DNA of 64,000 nucleotides. Source: an uncultured delta proteobacterium. GTDB taxonomy: Bacteria; Myxococcota_A; Polyangia; Fen-1088. Positions 28,134 to 39,362 of this stretch are shown here, piece after piece (positions within the stretch are counted from its first letter, which is position 1; the number at the start of each line of letters is the position of its first letter). Below the pieces are notes generated by a model. It was not told the DNA's origin. It did no database searches and was given only the letters and a program-made list of their open reading frames with translations. Location of the stretch: assembly GCA_963767925.1 (NCBI GenBank), contig CAVYGB010000008.1, forward strand, positions 1,568,001 through 1,632,000, in the 5' to 3' direction. Made by a program: the position numbers and the translations under genes.

Positions 28134-30587
28134 TCAGCGGATCTGGATGGCGAGCTTTCCCGAGAGGCTGGCGACCACGCGCGCGTGGGCGGCGTCCGCG
28201 TCCGCGTCCGTCAGTGTCCGGTCCTCCGCCCGATAGGTCATGCTCCACAACATCCCCTTCTTGCCGGAGGGCGCGTAGCGCGGGTCGCGAAAGTCCTCGC
28301 GCACCTGCAGGTCGGCCAGCAACGCCTCGCTGGCCGAGTGGAAGGCCGCGCGTTGCTCGGCCGACGAGACGGCCGTGTCGATCCAGAACGACAGATCGCG
28401 GGTGATGGCCGGAAAGCGCGGTGGGGCAACGCTACGCACGGCGCTGGCCGAACCGGCCAGCCGGTCGAGGTCGAGCTCGGCAAAAAACCCACGGCGCTCG
28501 ATCCCGAGCCGTCGCGCCGTCAGCGGGTGCAGCTCCCCGGCGCAGCCCAGCCGCACGCCTCCGGCCAGCTCGAGCGCAGCAGAGACGCCCGGGTGCAGGA
28601 AAGGAAAGGCGTCGCTGGGGAGGAACGCCGGCTCGCAGCCGAAGCCCGCGCACACGCCGAGCACGACCCGCTTGAGGTCGAAGAAATCCAGGGGCTCGCC
28701 CGGCTTGAGCCAGCCCCCTGCTCGCCCGGTCATCAGGACGCCGAGCCGTTCGATCTGCAGCGGCTCGGCGGCGGGCTCGCCGCCGAGCCCGCGCTGAACG
28801 ACGGGTCCCACCTCGAAGAGTCGGACATCCTCGAGCCCCCGTGACAGGTTGCGGGCCAGCGCATCGGCCAGGCCGGGGAGCAAGGAGGTCCGCATGACCT
28901 CGTAGTCGGCCGAGATCGGGTTCTTCACCCCGATGGCTTCCGCCAGGCCGGGTCGATCGCCAGCGATCGCGGCGAGGCGCGCGCGGGGGACGAAGCCCCA
29001 GCTCACGATCTCCGACAGGCCGCAGCCCGCGAGCAGGTCCCTGGCCCGGTGAGCGGACGCCTCGGGGCTGGGGCCGGGGTGGGCGTTGGCCAGGACCCGC
29101 TCGATCCGCGCCTCGGACTCGTAGTGCCGGCCCAGGCGGAGGATCTCCTCGACCAGATCCTCGGGCACGACGAGGTCCGGCCGGAAGCTGGGCACGTCGA
29201 GGACGACCTTGGCGGCGTCTCCCGTGCCCACCACGGCCACCCTGGGTGGGCCGGAAGGGCCCGGCTCGTCGGCGATCTTGGCGAGCTCCCGGGCGGCCGC
29301 CTGGCCATCGAGCGGCAAGCCGGAGAGGCGGCGGAGCTGGGCCACCGACACCTCGGCCTGGCGCCGCGCCGCGGGACGGGGGTAGCGATCGACAACCCGA
29401 CCCGAGACCGCGCCGCCGCCGAGCGCGGCGATCAGACCGGGCCGCACGTTCGGCGGCCAGCGGGATCCCCTCGGGATCGACCCCTCGCTCGAACCGATAG
29501 GACGCTTCGGAGAGCAGGCCCAGCCGCTTGGAGGTCGCGCCGGATGCTGCGCGGGTCGAAGGTGGCGGCCTCCAGCAACACGTTGCGGGTCGCCGCCGAG
29601 ACCTCGCTGCCCGCGCCGCCCATGACACCGGCCAGCGCCACCGGCCCCCGCTCGTCCGCGATCACGATGTCGTCCGCCTCGAGCGGGCGCTCGATCCCGT
29701 CGAGCGTGGTCATCACCGCGCCCGGGCCGGCCCGGCGCACCGTGATCCCGCCCTGGAGCTTGTCGAGGTCGAAGGCGTGCAGGGGATGCCCCAGCTCGAG
29801 CAGGACGTAGTTGGTCACGTCGACGAGGTTGCTGATCGGCCGGATCCCGCAATACGCCAGCCGCAGGCGGATGGGCAGCGGGCTCGGCCCCAGGGTCACG
29901 CCGCTGACGACGCGCGCCTGGTAGCGGGGACAAGCGCTCTCGTCCGCGATGCGCACGTCCCGGGACGGGCCCTCCCCGTTCGCCGGGTCGCCGCCCGGGC
30001 GCCGGCGCCCGGACCCGGGCGCCGAAGGCCGCCGCCAGCTCGCGGGCTATCCCGAGGTGGCTGAGGGCGTCGGCCCGGTTGGGCGTCACGTTCACCTCGA
30101 GCACGTCGTCGGCCACCCCGAAGTGGTCGGCGAACCCGACCCCGGTGGGATCCGAAGGCGACAGAATCAGGATTCCGTCACCTTGCTCGCTCAGGCCGAG
30201 CTCGACCTCGCTGCACAACATCCCGGGCGACAGGACGCCTCGCACCTCGCGGGCCTCGATGGTCCGGTTGCCGGGCAGACGGGCCCCGGGGGCGGCCCAG
30301 ACCACGCGGTTACCGGCCGGGGGCACGTTGGCGGCGCCACAGACCACCTCCTCCTCCCGACCGCCGGCCCGCACGCGCACGAGGCGGAGCTTGTCTGCGC
30401 CCGGGTGGGGTCTCAGCGCCAGCACCTCGGCGACCAGCACGCCTCCCAGGGAGCGGCCCTTCTCCTCGACGCTCTCCACCTCCAGCCCCAAGCTGGTGAG
30501 GGCCTGGGCTGCCTCCCCTGCATCGAGGGCGGCCACCCGGTCCGAGCCAGGAACGAGCTCCTTGAGCCAGCGCAGCGAAACTTTCAA
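28134..30587 (-). CDS. pheT: phenylalanyl-tRNA synthetase beta (3 compensating frameshifts ~30000, ~29537, ~29437)
   Basis: HPGADKL, VTPNRADALSHLGIARE, NLVDVTNYV (alternative frame), SYRFERGVD (alternative frame), MRTSLLPGL, FDX-ACB domain. Confidence 0.93.
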   Translation of the reverse strand: MKVSLRWLKELVPGSDRVAALDAGEAAQALTSLGLEVESVEEKGRSLGGVLVAEVLALRPHPGADKLRLVRVRAGGREEEVVCGAANVPPAGNRVVWAAPGARLPGNRTIEAREVRGVLSPGMLCSEVELGLSEQGDGILILSPSDPTGVGFADHFGVADDVLEVNVTPNRADALSHLGIARELAAAFGARVRAPAPGRRPGERGGPVPGRAHRGRERLSPLPGARRQRRDPGAEPAAHPPAAGVLRDPADQQPRRRDQLRPARAGASPARLRPRQAPGRDHGAPGRPGRGDDHARRDRAPARGGRHRDRGRAGAGGAGRCHGRRGQRGLGGDPQRVAGGRHLRPAQHPARPPSGWACSPKRPIGSSEGSIPRGSRWPPNVRPGLIAALGGGAVSGRVVDRYPRPAARRQAEVSVAQLRRLSGLPLDGQAAARELAKIADEPGPSGPPRVAVVGTGDAAKVVLDVPSFRPDLVVPEDLVEEILRLGRHYESEARIERVLANAHPGPSPEASAHRARDLLAGCGLSEIVSWGFVPRARLAAIAGDRPGLAEAIGVKNPISADYEVMRTSLLPGLADALARNLSRGLEDVRLFEVGPVVQRGLGGEPAAEPLQIERLGVLMTGRAGGWLKPGEPLDFFDLKRVVLGVCAGFGCEPAFLPSDAFPFLHPGVSAALELAGGVRLGCAGELHPLTARRLGIERRGFFAELDLDRLAGSASAVRSVAPPRFPAITRDLSFWIDTAVSSAEQRAAFHSASEALLADLQVREDFRDPRYAPSGKKGMLWSMTYRAEDRTLTDADADAAHARVVASLSGKLAIQIR

Positions 30588-30596
30588 TTTCGGACC

Positions 30597-31671
<1,075 letters not shown>

Positions 31672-31672
<1 letters not shown>

Positions 31673-32024
31673 CAGGCCGCGGCGCGCGCGGCCTCGACCA
31701 CACTCTTGAAGGCGGTCGGATCGCTGATGGCGAGATCCGCGAGGATCTTGCGGTCCAGGCCGATCCCGGCCTTGTCGAGCGAAGCGACGAGCTTGGAGTA
31801 CGAGATGCCGTGCTCCCGCGCGGCAGCATTGATGCGGACGATCCACAGGCGCGGAAGTCCCCCTTCCGCTTGCGGCGATGGAAGAAGGCATACCGCCACT
31901 TGCGATGAACCGCCTCAACCGCCGCTTTCCAGAGCTTGGAGCGTCCTCCGCGGAATCCCTTGGCGTGTTTACGAATACGGTTGCGGCGGTGACGGGTCTT
32001 GTAGCCACCTTTGGCGCGAGGCAT
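31672..32024 (-). CDS. rplT: 50S ribosomal protein L20 (frameshift ~31851)
   Basis: MPRAKGG...AKGFRG...RRKRKGDFR joined to [11 protein letters not shown]...[10 protein letters not shown]. Confidence 0.93.
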
Positions 32025-32044
32025 GGACGAAAGGCTCCTCTAGC

Positions 32045-32251
32045 TCAGGTTCCGTAAGGGAGCATCGCTTTGATCTGATGCTCCTGGGTTTCGAAGACGT
32101 ACCCGGTCCGGCGCAGCTTGCGGCCGGTGCTGCCCTTGCGAAGCCCCGTGTTGTGGCGGAGGAACGCCCGCTTGCGCTTGATGCGCCCGCTGGCTGTCAG
32201 CTTGAAGCGCTTTTTGGCGCCGCTGTTCGACTTCATCTTCAGCTTGGGCAT
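32045..32251 (-). CDS. rpmI: 50S ribosomal protein L35
   Basis: MPKLKMKSNSGAKKRFKLTASG...MLPY. Confidence 0.93.
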   Translation of the reverse strand: MPKLKMKSNSGAKKRFKLTASGRIKRKRAFLRHNTGLRKGSTGRKLRRTGYVFETQEHQIKAMLPYGT

Positions 32252-32439
32252 GAGAGGCGCGGAGTATATCGATTACGGCACGGCACGCAAGAGGCAAGAC
32301 CGGGGGCCGTGCTCCCGGGTCCTACGATTCACACATTTCGACGGTCGGGGGGGACCGCGCCCGACCCCGGCCGCGGCCCGCGGGGTGCCGGACCCATCCG
32401 ATCCCCCCGCTTCCCTGTGTCCCTCTGGCCCGGGGGTCC

Positions 32440-33117
32440 TCAGGCCTTCGGCTTCTGAGCCACCGGGGCGGCGGGAGCCGGGCGGCTGATCGGCGCGGAC
32501 GGTGCAGGAGGGGCGGCAGGTGGCGGGGCGCCGGGTCCGGCCGTCCCGGTCGGTGGTGGGTTGGGACGCACCACGCCGATGCGGGGACCGAGGGTGAGCA
32601 CCATGCGGCGGCCTTCCATGGTGGCCTTCTGCTCGACCACGGCGGCGTCGCCGAGCGCCTTGATGACGGTGTCGAGCATCGCCTGTCCCGTCTCGGGGTG
32701 CACGATCTCGCGACCCCGGAACACGATGACGAGGCGGCACTTGTTGCCCTCGGTCAGGAAGCGGCGGATGTGTTTGACCTTGAAGTCCAGGTCGTGGACG
32801 TCGGTCTTGGGACGGAACTTGACCTCCTTGACCACCACCGTGGACTGGTGCTTGCGGGAGGCCTTCTCCTTCTTGGAGGTCTCGTACTTGAACTTGCCGA
32901 AGTCCATGATTCGGCACACCGGCGGAGCGGCGCGGGGGTTGACCTCGACGAGCTCGAGCCCCTGCTCCTCCGCCATCTTCAGCGCCTCGTAGGTCGGCAT
33001 GATGCCGACCTGCGCGCCGTCGGGCCCGATGACCCGGACCTCGGGTGCACGGATACGACGACCGACGCGGTAGCTGTCGGCCCCACTGGGCGGCTGATGA
33101 AAACCTGGTCTAGGGAT
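32440..33117 (-). CDS. infC: translation initiation factor IF-3, ATC start
   Basis: Frame is open upstream of the listed ATG through RIRAPEVRVIGPDGAQVG to ATC at 33117, preceded by AGGAGG; PPVCRIMDFGKFKYE, KEVKFRP. Confidence 0.9.
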   Translation of the reverse strand: MPRPGFHQPPSGADSYRVGRRIRAPEVRVIGPDGAQVGIMPTYEALKMAEEQGLELVEVNPRAAPPVCRIMDFGKFKYETSKKEKASRKHQSTVVVKEVKFRPKTDVHDLDFKVKHIRRFLTEGNKCRLVIVFRGREIVHPETGQAMLDTVIKALGDAAVVEQKATMEGRRMVLTLGPRIGVVRPNPPPTGTAGPGAPPPAAPPAPSAPISRPAPAAPVAQKPKA

Positions 33118-33157
33118 GCTCTTCCTCCTGGCCTGAGACTCGCCGCCGACCCCCGCC

Positions 33158-34939
33158 CTATTCGAGCGGAGGCACCTTCGCTTCGGCCGCCAGGCGCGCG
33201 ACGAACTCGTCGAGCGGAGTGGCGGGTTGCTGCTGACCCTCCCGGGTGCGCGGCGACACCACCCGGGCGGCCATGTCCTTCTCCCCGACGACGACCATGT
33301 AGGGGATCTTCTCCATCTGCGCGCGGCGGATCTTGGCCCCGAGCTTGTCGGCGGCGACGTCCGCCTCGGCCCGGATGTCGAGCGCCGCCAGGCGGCTGAC
33401 CACCTCCTGGGCGTAGGCCTCGGCCTTCTCGCTGACCGAGAGCACCCGGGCCTGGACCGGCGCCAGCCAGAGGGGAAAGGCGCCTCCGTAGTGCTCGATG
33501 AGCACGGCCATGAAACGCTCGACCGACCCCAGCAACGCCCGGTGGATCATGACGGGCCGGTGGCGCTGGCCGTCGGCTCCCACGTACTCCAGGGCGAAGC
33601 GCTGGGGCAGCTGGAAGTCGAGCTGGAAGGTCGCACACTGCCACTCCCGGCCGATGGCGTCCTTGATCTTGAGGTCGATCTTGGGCCCGTAAAACGCGCC
33701 CCCGCCCTTGTCCACCTCGAAGGGGCGCCCGGTCGCTTCCATCACCTTGCGCAGCTCGGCCTCGGCGGCGTCCCAGGCGGCGGGCTCACCCATGAAGCTC
33801 TCGGGGCGTGTCGCCAGGTAGAGGTTGTAGTCGGTGAACCCGAACAGCTTCAGCAGGGCCAGCGAGAAGGTCAGACAGGCCCCCATCTCGGCGCCGATCT
33901 GATCCTCGCGCACGAAGAGATGCCCGTCGTCCATGGTCAGACCACGGACCCGGAGCAGGCCGTGCAGCACCCCCGAACGTTCGTACCGGTACACCGTACC
34001 CAGCTCGGAGTACCGGATCGGCAGTTCGCGGTAGGACCGGAGCTGCGACCGGTAGATCGAGACGTGGAACGGACAGTTCATCGGCTTGACGAGGTAGCGC
34101 TGCCCTTCGAGCTCCATCCCTCCGAAGAGGTTCTCCTGGTAGTGCTCGAGGTGACCGGAGGTGGCCAGGAGTTGCTCGCGCGCCAGGTGCGGGCGTGTAG
34201 ACCGAGCTGGTATCCGCGCCGCACGTTCTCCCGCCGCACGATCTCCTCGATCTGGTAGCGGACGAAGGCCCCCTTGGGGTGCCAGAGGACGAAGCCGGGG
34301 CCAACCAGGTCGTCGAAGGAATAGAGATCGAGCTGCTTGCCGAGCAGGCGGTGGTCGCGGTGTTTGGCCTCTTCCAGGCGGGCCAGGTGCTCGTCGAGCT
34401 CCTTGCGGGTGGGGAAGGCGGTGCCGTAGACCCGCTGGAGCATCGGATTGCGCTCGTCCCCGCGCCAGTAGGCGCCGGCAAACGAGAGCACCTTGAAGGC
34501 CTTGATCTCGCCGGTCCGCTCGACGTGGGGGCCGCGACAGAGGTCGACGAAGTCTCCGTGCTGGTAGAGGGAGATCTCCTGGTCGGCCGGGATCGAGCGG
34601 ACGATCTCGACCTTGTAGGTCTCGCCTCGCGCCTCGAACATCTTCAGGGCCTCGTCCCGCGAGACCACCCGGCTGCACGAAGGGGAGATCCTGGGCGACG
34701 ATCTTGGCCATCTCCGCCTCGATGCGGGCGGCGTCGTCGGGGGTGAAGGGTTCGGTGTCGAAGTCGTAATAGAACCCGGACTCGATCGAGGGACCGATCG
34801 CGACCTTGGCCCCCGGGCGCAGCCGCCGGACGGCGTCGGCCATCACGTGGGAGGCCGAGTGCCGCAGCCGCGACAGGGGATCGTCCGGGACGTCCCCCTT
34901 GTCGCGCGGCCGGATTGTCGGGGCGGGCTGATCAGCCAC
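33158..34939 (-). CDS. thrS: threonyl-tRNA synthetase (frameshifts ~34673, ~34203, ~34192)
   Basis: [65 protein letters not shown]. Confidence 0.93.
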   Translation of the reverse strand: MADQPAPTIRPRDKGDVPDDPLSRLRHSASHVMADAVRRLRPGAKVAIGPSIESGFYYDFDTEPFTPDDAARIEAEMAKIVAQDLPFVQPGGLAGRGPEDVRGARRDLQGRDRPLDPGRPGDLPLPARRLRRPLSRPPRRADRRDQGLQGALVCRRLLARGRAQSDAPAGLRHRLPHPQGARRAPGPPGRGQTPRPPPARQAARSLFLRRPGWPRLRPLAPQGGLRPLPDRGDRAAGERAARIPARSTRPHLAREQLLATSGHLEHYQENLFGGMELEGQRYLVKPMNCPFHVSIYRSQLRSYRELPIRYSELGTVYRYERSGVLHGLLRVRGLTMDDGHLFVREDQIGAEMGACLTFSLALLKLFGFTDYNLYLATRPESFMGEPAAWDAAEAELRKVMEATGRPFEVDKGGGAFYGPKIDLKIKDAIGREWQCATFQLDFQLPQRFALEYVGADGQRHRPVMIHRALLGSVERFMAVLIEHYGGAFPLWLAPVQARVLSVSEKAEAYAQEVVSRLAALDIRAEADVAADKLGAKIRRAQMEKIPYMVVVGEKDMAARVVSPRTREGQQQPATPLDEFVARLAAEAKVPPLE

Positions 34940-35026
34940 GGCCAGGTCCCCTGAAGTGTCTGTCCATCGTTGTTATAACCGTCGCGGTAACGGCCGTCGC
35001 GCGCACGGCGACTCGAGGGCAGACGG

Positions 35027-35098
35027 TAGGCATGGGCGGGATTGAACCGCCGACCCCCACCGTGTCAAGGTGGTGCTCTTCCACTGAGCTACATGCCT
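35027..35098 (-). tRNA. tRNA-Val(GAC)
   Basis: AGGCATG/CATGCCT acceptor, CCACC-TTGACAC-GGTGG anticodon arm, GGTTCAATCC; followed by CCG, not CCA. Confidence 0.95.
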
Positions 35099-35121
35099 TC
35101 AGGAACTCGCGCAGACCGCGT

Positions 35122-35149
35122 ACGTTAACGGGCGCGTCGGCCAAGTCAA
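35122..35149 (-). promoter_or_regulatory. putative sigma70 promoter for tRNA-Val/thrS
   Basis: TTGACT-16 bp-TAACGT on minus strand. Confidence 0.4.
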
Positions 35150-35199
35150 GCGGGAAGCGGTGCGAGGCGGCGGGTGAGGCGGGAGATCGCGAGCGTTAT

Positions 35200-35949
35200 T
35201 CATGGCAACGCGCGGGCCAGGGCGGCCACCCGCACCTCGCAGGCGCCGGCGTCCAGCAAGGTCCGCGCACACTCGGCGAACGTGGCACCGGTGGTCATCA
35301 CGTCGTCGACGAGCAGCAGGCGGCGGCCGCGAACCCGGGCCCGGGCCCGGGCCGAGACCACGAAGGCGCCGGCCACCCGACAGCGCCGCACCGGAGCCGA
35401 CTCTCGCCCGAGGGCGGGTGTGTCCCGCTGACGCCGGAGGGCATCCACCCACACCGGCAGCGGGACCTCGGGCAAGCCAAAGACCCGGGCGCGCGAGGCG
35501 CGGATGGCCAGCCCCTCGCGGGCCAGCTCCAGGGCCTGGTTGAAGCCGCGCTGGCGCAGGCGCCGGGGGTGCAGGGGAACCGGCACGACGGCGTCGGCCC
35601 CCTCCTGCGCCGCCCAGTCCAGCAGGGGAACCAGGAAACGGCCGAGGAGCCGGGCGGCGGCCAGCCGCCGGCCGTGTTTGAGACGAACCAGGGCTTCGGC
35701 GACCGCCCCGCCGTAGACCAGGCTGGCCCGGGCCCGGGAAAACGGAAAGGGACGGACCCGACAGGCGTGGCAGAGGTTGGCCTCTCCCCCGTCGTCGACC
35801 GCGCACCCCGGACAGGCCCCGTCGAGGGCCAGGACGGTACCGTCGCAGTCCGGGCAAAACGTCCGCTCGGCCTCCAGGATCCGCCGGCAGCCCGGGCAGC
35901 GCTGCGGCCAGAGCAAGCGCGCGAGGAACGAGCCGGCGACTTGCAGCAT
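35200..35949 (-). CDS. comF: ComF family double zinc ribbon phosphoribosyltransferase
   Basis: Four CxxC pairs, VPVPLH..RLRQRGFNQA, LLVDDVMTTGAT. Confidence 0.88.
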   Translation of the reverse strand: MLQVAGSFLARLLWPQRCPGCRRILEAERTFCPDCDGTVLALDGACPGCAVDDGGEANLCHACRVRPFPFSRARASLVYGGAVAEALVRLKHGRRLAAARLLGRFLVPLLDWAAQEGADAVVPVPLHPRRLRQRGFNQALELAREGLAIRASRARVFGLPEVPLPVWVDALRRQRDTPALGRESAPVRRCRVAGAFVVSARARARVRGRRLLLVDDVMTTGATFAECARTLLDAGACEVRVAALARALP

Positions 35950-36079
35950 GCCGATTCATCGGCGCACCCGGGCGTCGGGTTGCGAAAAAGGTGGTCCGGC
36001 GAAGGGCAAAGCCCCGGCCAGTCGATCTTTTACCGCCAGCCAGTTGACCGCCGTCCGGGCATGAGAGAACGTCCGCGCC

Positions 36080-37144
36080 ATGATGTCGACGAGAGCACTG
36101 GCTTCCACTTTGGTCGCAGCCGGCCTGGCTTCCGCTCCGGTGGCGTTCGCCCTGGTGGCGAGCTCGCCGGCCGACCGTTCGGCGGGCGCGATGGCCGAGG
36201 CCGCCTCGAAGTTCCTGGCGTCGCTCGATGCCGAGCAGAAGAAGCTCGCCCACCACCCCTGGGAGGGGGCGGATCGCGTCTCCATCGTCTATGTCCCGCG
36301 GGCCCGATCGGGCGCGCCGCTCAAGCGCCTCAACCCGGAACAGCGCAAGCTGGCCCACACCCTCCTGAAGACCGGCCTGAGCCAGGGCGGTTACCAGAAG
36401 GCCACCCAGATCATGGAGCTCGAGAAGGTCCTCGCCGAGATCGAGAAGAACCCCACCCGGCGCGATCCCGACCTCTACTACTTCTGGGTGTTCGGCACGC
36501 CGGAGGCCGGCGGCACCTGGGGCTGGAAGGCCGAGGGGCACCACATGTCGTTGAACTTCACGGTGGTCAAGGGGACCGCCATCGCCACCACCCCCACCTT
36601 CGCCGGCGCCAACCCGGCCGAGGTGCGGGACGGACCGCTCAAGGGACGTCGGGTCCTGGGGGTCGAGGAGGACCTGGCGCGCGAGCTGGTGGCCTCCTTC
36701 GACGAAAAGACGCGGGCCCAGGTGGTGTTCGACGAGAAGGCGCTCAACGAGATCCTCACCACCGACAAGTCCCAGGTCGAGCCCCTGCCTCCGGTGGGGA
36801 TCGAGGTGGCGAAGATGACCGGCAAGCAGAAGGCGCTGGTGAAGAAGCTGCTCGCCGAATACGCCGCCCTGATGCCGCCCGCCCTGGCCGCCGAGCGGCT
36901 GGCCAAGATCGACAAGGCCGGCTTCGACAAGCTGCGCTTCGGCTGGGCCGGGGGCCTCAAGAAGGGCGAGAAGCACTACTACCGGCTCGCCGGCCCCACC
37001 GTGCTGGTCGAATACGACAACAGCCAGAACGACGGGAACCACGTCCACTCCGCCTGGCGGGACTTCAACGGCGACTTCGGACGCGATCTCCTGCGCGAGC
37101 ACCTCAAGTCCGCGCACGCCGCCCCCTCCGGCGCCGCTCCCTGA
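36080..37144 (+). CDS. DUF3500 family exported protein
   Basis: Signal peptide, WGWKAEGHHMSLNF, YYRLAGP..LVEYDN.Q...NHVHSAWRD..GDFG. Confidence 0.85.
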   Translation: MMSTRALASTLVAAGLASAPVAFALVASSPADRSAGAMAEAASKFLASLDAEQKKLAHHPWEGADRVSIVYVPRARSGAPLKRLNPEQRKLAHTLLKTGLSQGGYQKATQIMELEKVLAEIEKNPTRRDPDLYYFWVFGTPEAGGTWGWKAEGHHMSLNFTVVKGTAIATTPTFAGANPAEVRDGPLKGRRVLGVEEDLARELVASFDEKTRAQVVFDEKALNEILTTDKSQVEPLPPVGIEVAKMTGKQKALVKKLLAEYAALMPPALAAERLAKIDKAGFDKLRFGWAGGLKKGEKHYYRLAGPTVLVEYDNSQNDGNHVHSAWRDFNGDFGRDLLREHLKSAHAAPSGAAP

Positions 37145-39040
37145 TCAGCTCGCCCCGGTCTGATCGTACAGGCCCTCGATGGCGGCGCGGTGGCGCGCGA
37201 CCGCCTCCTTGCGCTTCATCTTGAGGCTCGGGGTGAGCTGGCCGTTGGCCTCGGTGAAGTCCTCGCCCAGCACCCCGAACTGCTTGATGGTCTCGAAGCT
37301 GGCGAGGGTGGCGTTGAGGGCGTCGATCTCCTTCTTCACCAGGCCGCGCAGGCGGGCGTCGCCGGCCGCCTTGCGGGCGTCGCCGGCCCCGAAGCGCTGG
37401 ACCGCCTCCTCACCCAGCGTGACCAGGGCGACGCAGTAGGGCTTCCGGTCGCCGAAGACCAGGACCTGGCTCAGCAGCGGGCAACGCGCCTTGAGCGCGC
37501 TCTCGAGGAGCTGGGGGGCCACCTTCTTTCCCCCGGCCAGGACGATGAGGTCCTTCTTGCGGTCGGTGATGCGGAGAAAGCCGTCCTCGAGCTGGCCGAT
37601 GTCCCCGGTGTGAAACCACCCCTCGGCGTCGATGGCCTCGGCGGTGGCGGCGGCGTTGTCGTGGTAGCGGTGGAAGACGGAGGGCCCCCGCACGAGGATC
37701 TCGCCGTCGGCGGCGATCTGGCACTCGACGATGTCGATGGCCAGGCCCACCGTGCCGAAGCGGAAGCGGTCGTGCCGGTTCAGGAAGGCGGCCGCCATCG
37801 TCTCGGTCAGGCCGTACCCCTCCAGGATGAGCAGCCCCACCGAGTGAAAGAACTCGGCGATCTCGGCCGCGAGGGGCGCCCCGCCCGAGATGAGGAGGCG
37901 ACAGCGGTCGAGCCCCAGCTTGGCCCGCAGCTTCGACAGCACGAGCCGGTCGGCGAAGCGGTGCATGCGGGCGAGCCCCGCGGTCGGCCGCCGTCCCTCC
38001 CGGACCTCGTGGGCGTGCCGGGCGCCAACCCGGAACGCCCAGCGCACGAGCGCCCGGCGAAGGGCGGAGCCCTGCTGCGCGCCGGCCTGGATGGCCGCGT
38101 AGAACTTCTCGTACGCTCGGGGGACCCCGGCCATGAACGAGGGGCGGATCTCGACGAGCTCGTCCTTGATCTTGCTCATCCCCTCGGAGAACACGACCGC
38201 CAGCCCCGCGAAGATCGACGCCCAGGCGATCTCCCGCCCCACCACGTGGGCCAGCGGGACCCAGAGGTAGTGGACCCCCTCGGGCCGCAGATCCAGGGCC
38301 CGACAGGCGCTGGCCACCGCCGTGATGAGGTTACCGTGGGTCAGGACGACGCCCTTGGGGTTCCCGGTGGTGCCCGAGGTGTAGATGATGGTGAACAGGT
38401 CGTCCGGGCCGGCGGCCGAGCGCCGGCGCTCGATCTGGGCCCGCCGGCCGGCATCCTCCAGAAAGGTGCGGCCCATCTTCCGGAGATCGGCGAGCGACAG
38501 CACGCGGCGGGCGGCCTCCCGCGGGATGCGCGCCATGATCTCGGCGAGCGGGATCTCCGTCCGCCCCTGGGCATCGGGACGTTCGAGCCTGGCGTCGCCC
38601 GCGATGTGCACGAGGTAGAGGTCGGCCCCCGTCAGCAGGAGCGGCACCAGCTTGGCAAGCTGGGCGGCGTCCTCGACGACAACCGCCCGGGCGCCAGCGT
38701 TCTTGACGATGTACGCACACTGGTCGGCGGTGCTCGACGGGTAGACCGGCACGGTGGCGGCCCCGGCGATCAAGATGCCGATGTCGCACAGCATCCATTC
38801 AAAGCGGGTCTGCGAGAGCAGCCCGACCCGGTCACCGGGGAGCAGCCCCAGGGCCGCGAACCCCCCCGCAACCTCCAGGGCCAGCTCGTCGGCCTGCCGC
38901 CAGGTGACGTCCTGCCAGGCACCCCCGACCCGGTGGCGGTAGGCCAAGGTGTCCCCGCTGCGGGTGATGCGATCGACCCAGGCCTCGTTCGCGCTGCGAA
39001 AAGGCGCCACCTCCATGCTCACGCGTGCACGATCGTTCAT
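37145..39040 (-). CDS. long-chain fatty acid-CoA ligase (AMP-binding)
   Basis: IIYTSGTTGNPKGVVLTH, EGYGLTET, GWFHTGDIG, ITDRKKDLIV. Confidence 0.92.
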   Translation of the reverse strand: MNDRARVSMEVAPFRSANEAWVDRITRSGDTLAYRHRVGGAWQDVTWRQADELALEVAGGFAALGLLPGDRVGLLSQTRFEWMLCDIGILIAGAATVPVYPSSTADQCAYIVKNAGARAVVVEDAAQLAKLVPLLLTGADLYLVHIAGDARLERPDAQGRTEIPLAEIMARIPREAARRVLSLADLRKMGRTFLEDAGRRAQIERRRSAAGPDDLFTIIYTSGTTGNPKGVVLTHGNLITAVASACRALDLRPEGVHYLWVPLAHVVGREIAWASIFAGLAVVFSEGMSKIKDELVEIRPSFMAGVPRAYEKFYAAIQAGAQQGSALRRALVRWAFRVGARHAHEVREGRRPTAGLARMHRFADRLVLSKLRAKLGLDRCRLLISGGAPLAAEIAEFFHSVGLLILEGYGLTETMAAAFLNRHDRFRFGTVGLAIDIVECQIAADGEILVRGPSVFHRYHDNAAATAEAIDAEGWFHTGDIGQLEDGFLRITDRKKDLIVLAGGKKVAPQLLESALKARCPLLSQVLVFGDRKPYCVALVTLGEEAVQRFGAGDARKAAGDARLRGLVKKEIDALNATLASFETIKQFGVLGEDFTEANGQLTPSLKMKRKEAVARHRAAIEGLYDQTGAS

Positions 39041-39145
39041 GCGTCCGTCGCGCGTCAATGCCGCAACTGCCGAAATTCATACCGCCCTGAGCCGGTGTGC
39101 GCCACAGGGGGAGATCTCTCCGCCCAGGCCTCCCCCGCTCTGCCG

Positions 39146-39310
39146 CTAGTCCCCTGGAACGGTGATTTCTTGCATATCTCGGCGGTCCTCTTCGTCCCTG
39201 GCTGCGTTGCTCGTCGGTTAAATACGCCCGGTATTCGCCCTCCTCGCGCCTTGCCAGGAACGAAGATGCCTCGCCGACATATGCAAGACTTCACCTTTCC
39301 AGGGGACTAG
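39146..39310 (-). mobile_element. CTAG-bounded 161-bp hairpin element, copy A (MITE-like)
   Basis: Perfect 14-bp terminal IR CTAGTCCCCTGGAA/TTCCAGGGGACTAG, ~55-nt imperfect arms, 54-nt core (39201-39254) homologous to copies B and C. Confidence 0.7.
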
Positions 39311-39346
39311 CAACAATCGCCCGGTCGCGGCCGATGAGGCTCCGTG

Positions 39347-39362
39347 CGGCACGGCTATTGTT
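39347..39362 (+). promoter_or_regulatory. possible sigma54 -24/-12 promoter
   Basis: CGGCACG-GCTA-TTGTT versus consensus TGGCACG-N4-TTGCW; upstream of an operon encoding a sigma54 activator; -12 C mismatched. Confidence 0.3.

Noticed and set aside
34940..35026. T-box leader for thrS
   Set aside because: Spacer is under 90 bp and lacks the T-box consensus
39055..39294. 79-aa ORF upstream of the acyl-CoA ligase
   Set aside because: Mostly read through element copy A; no protein-like features
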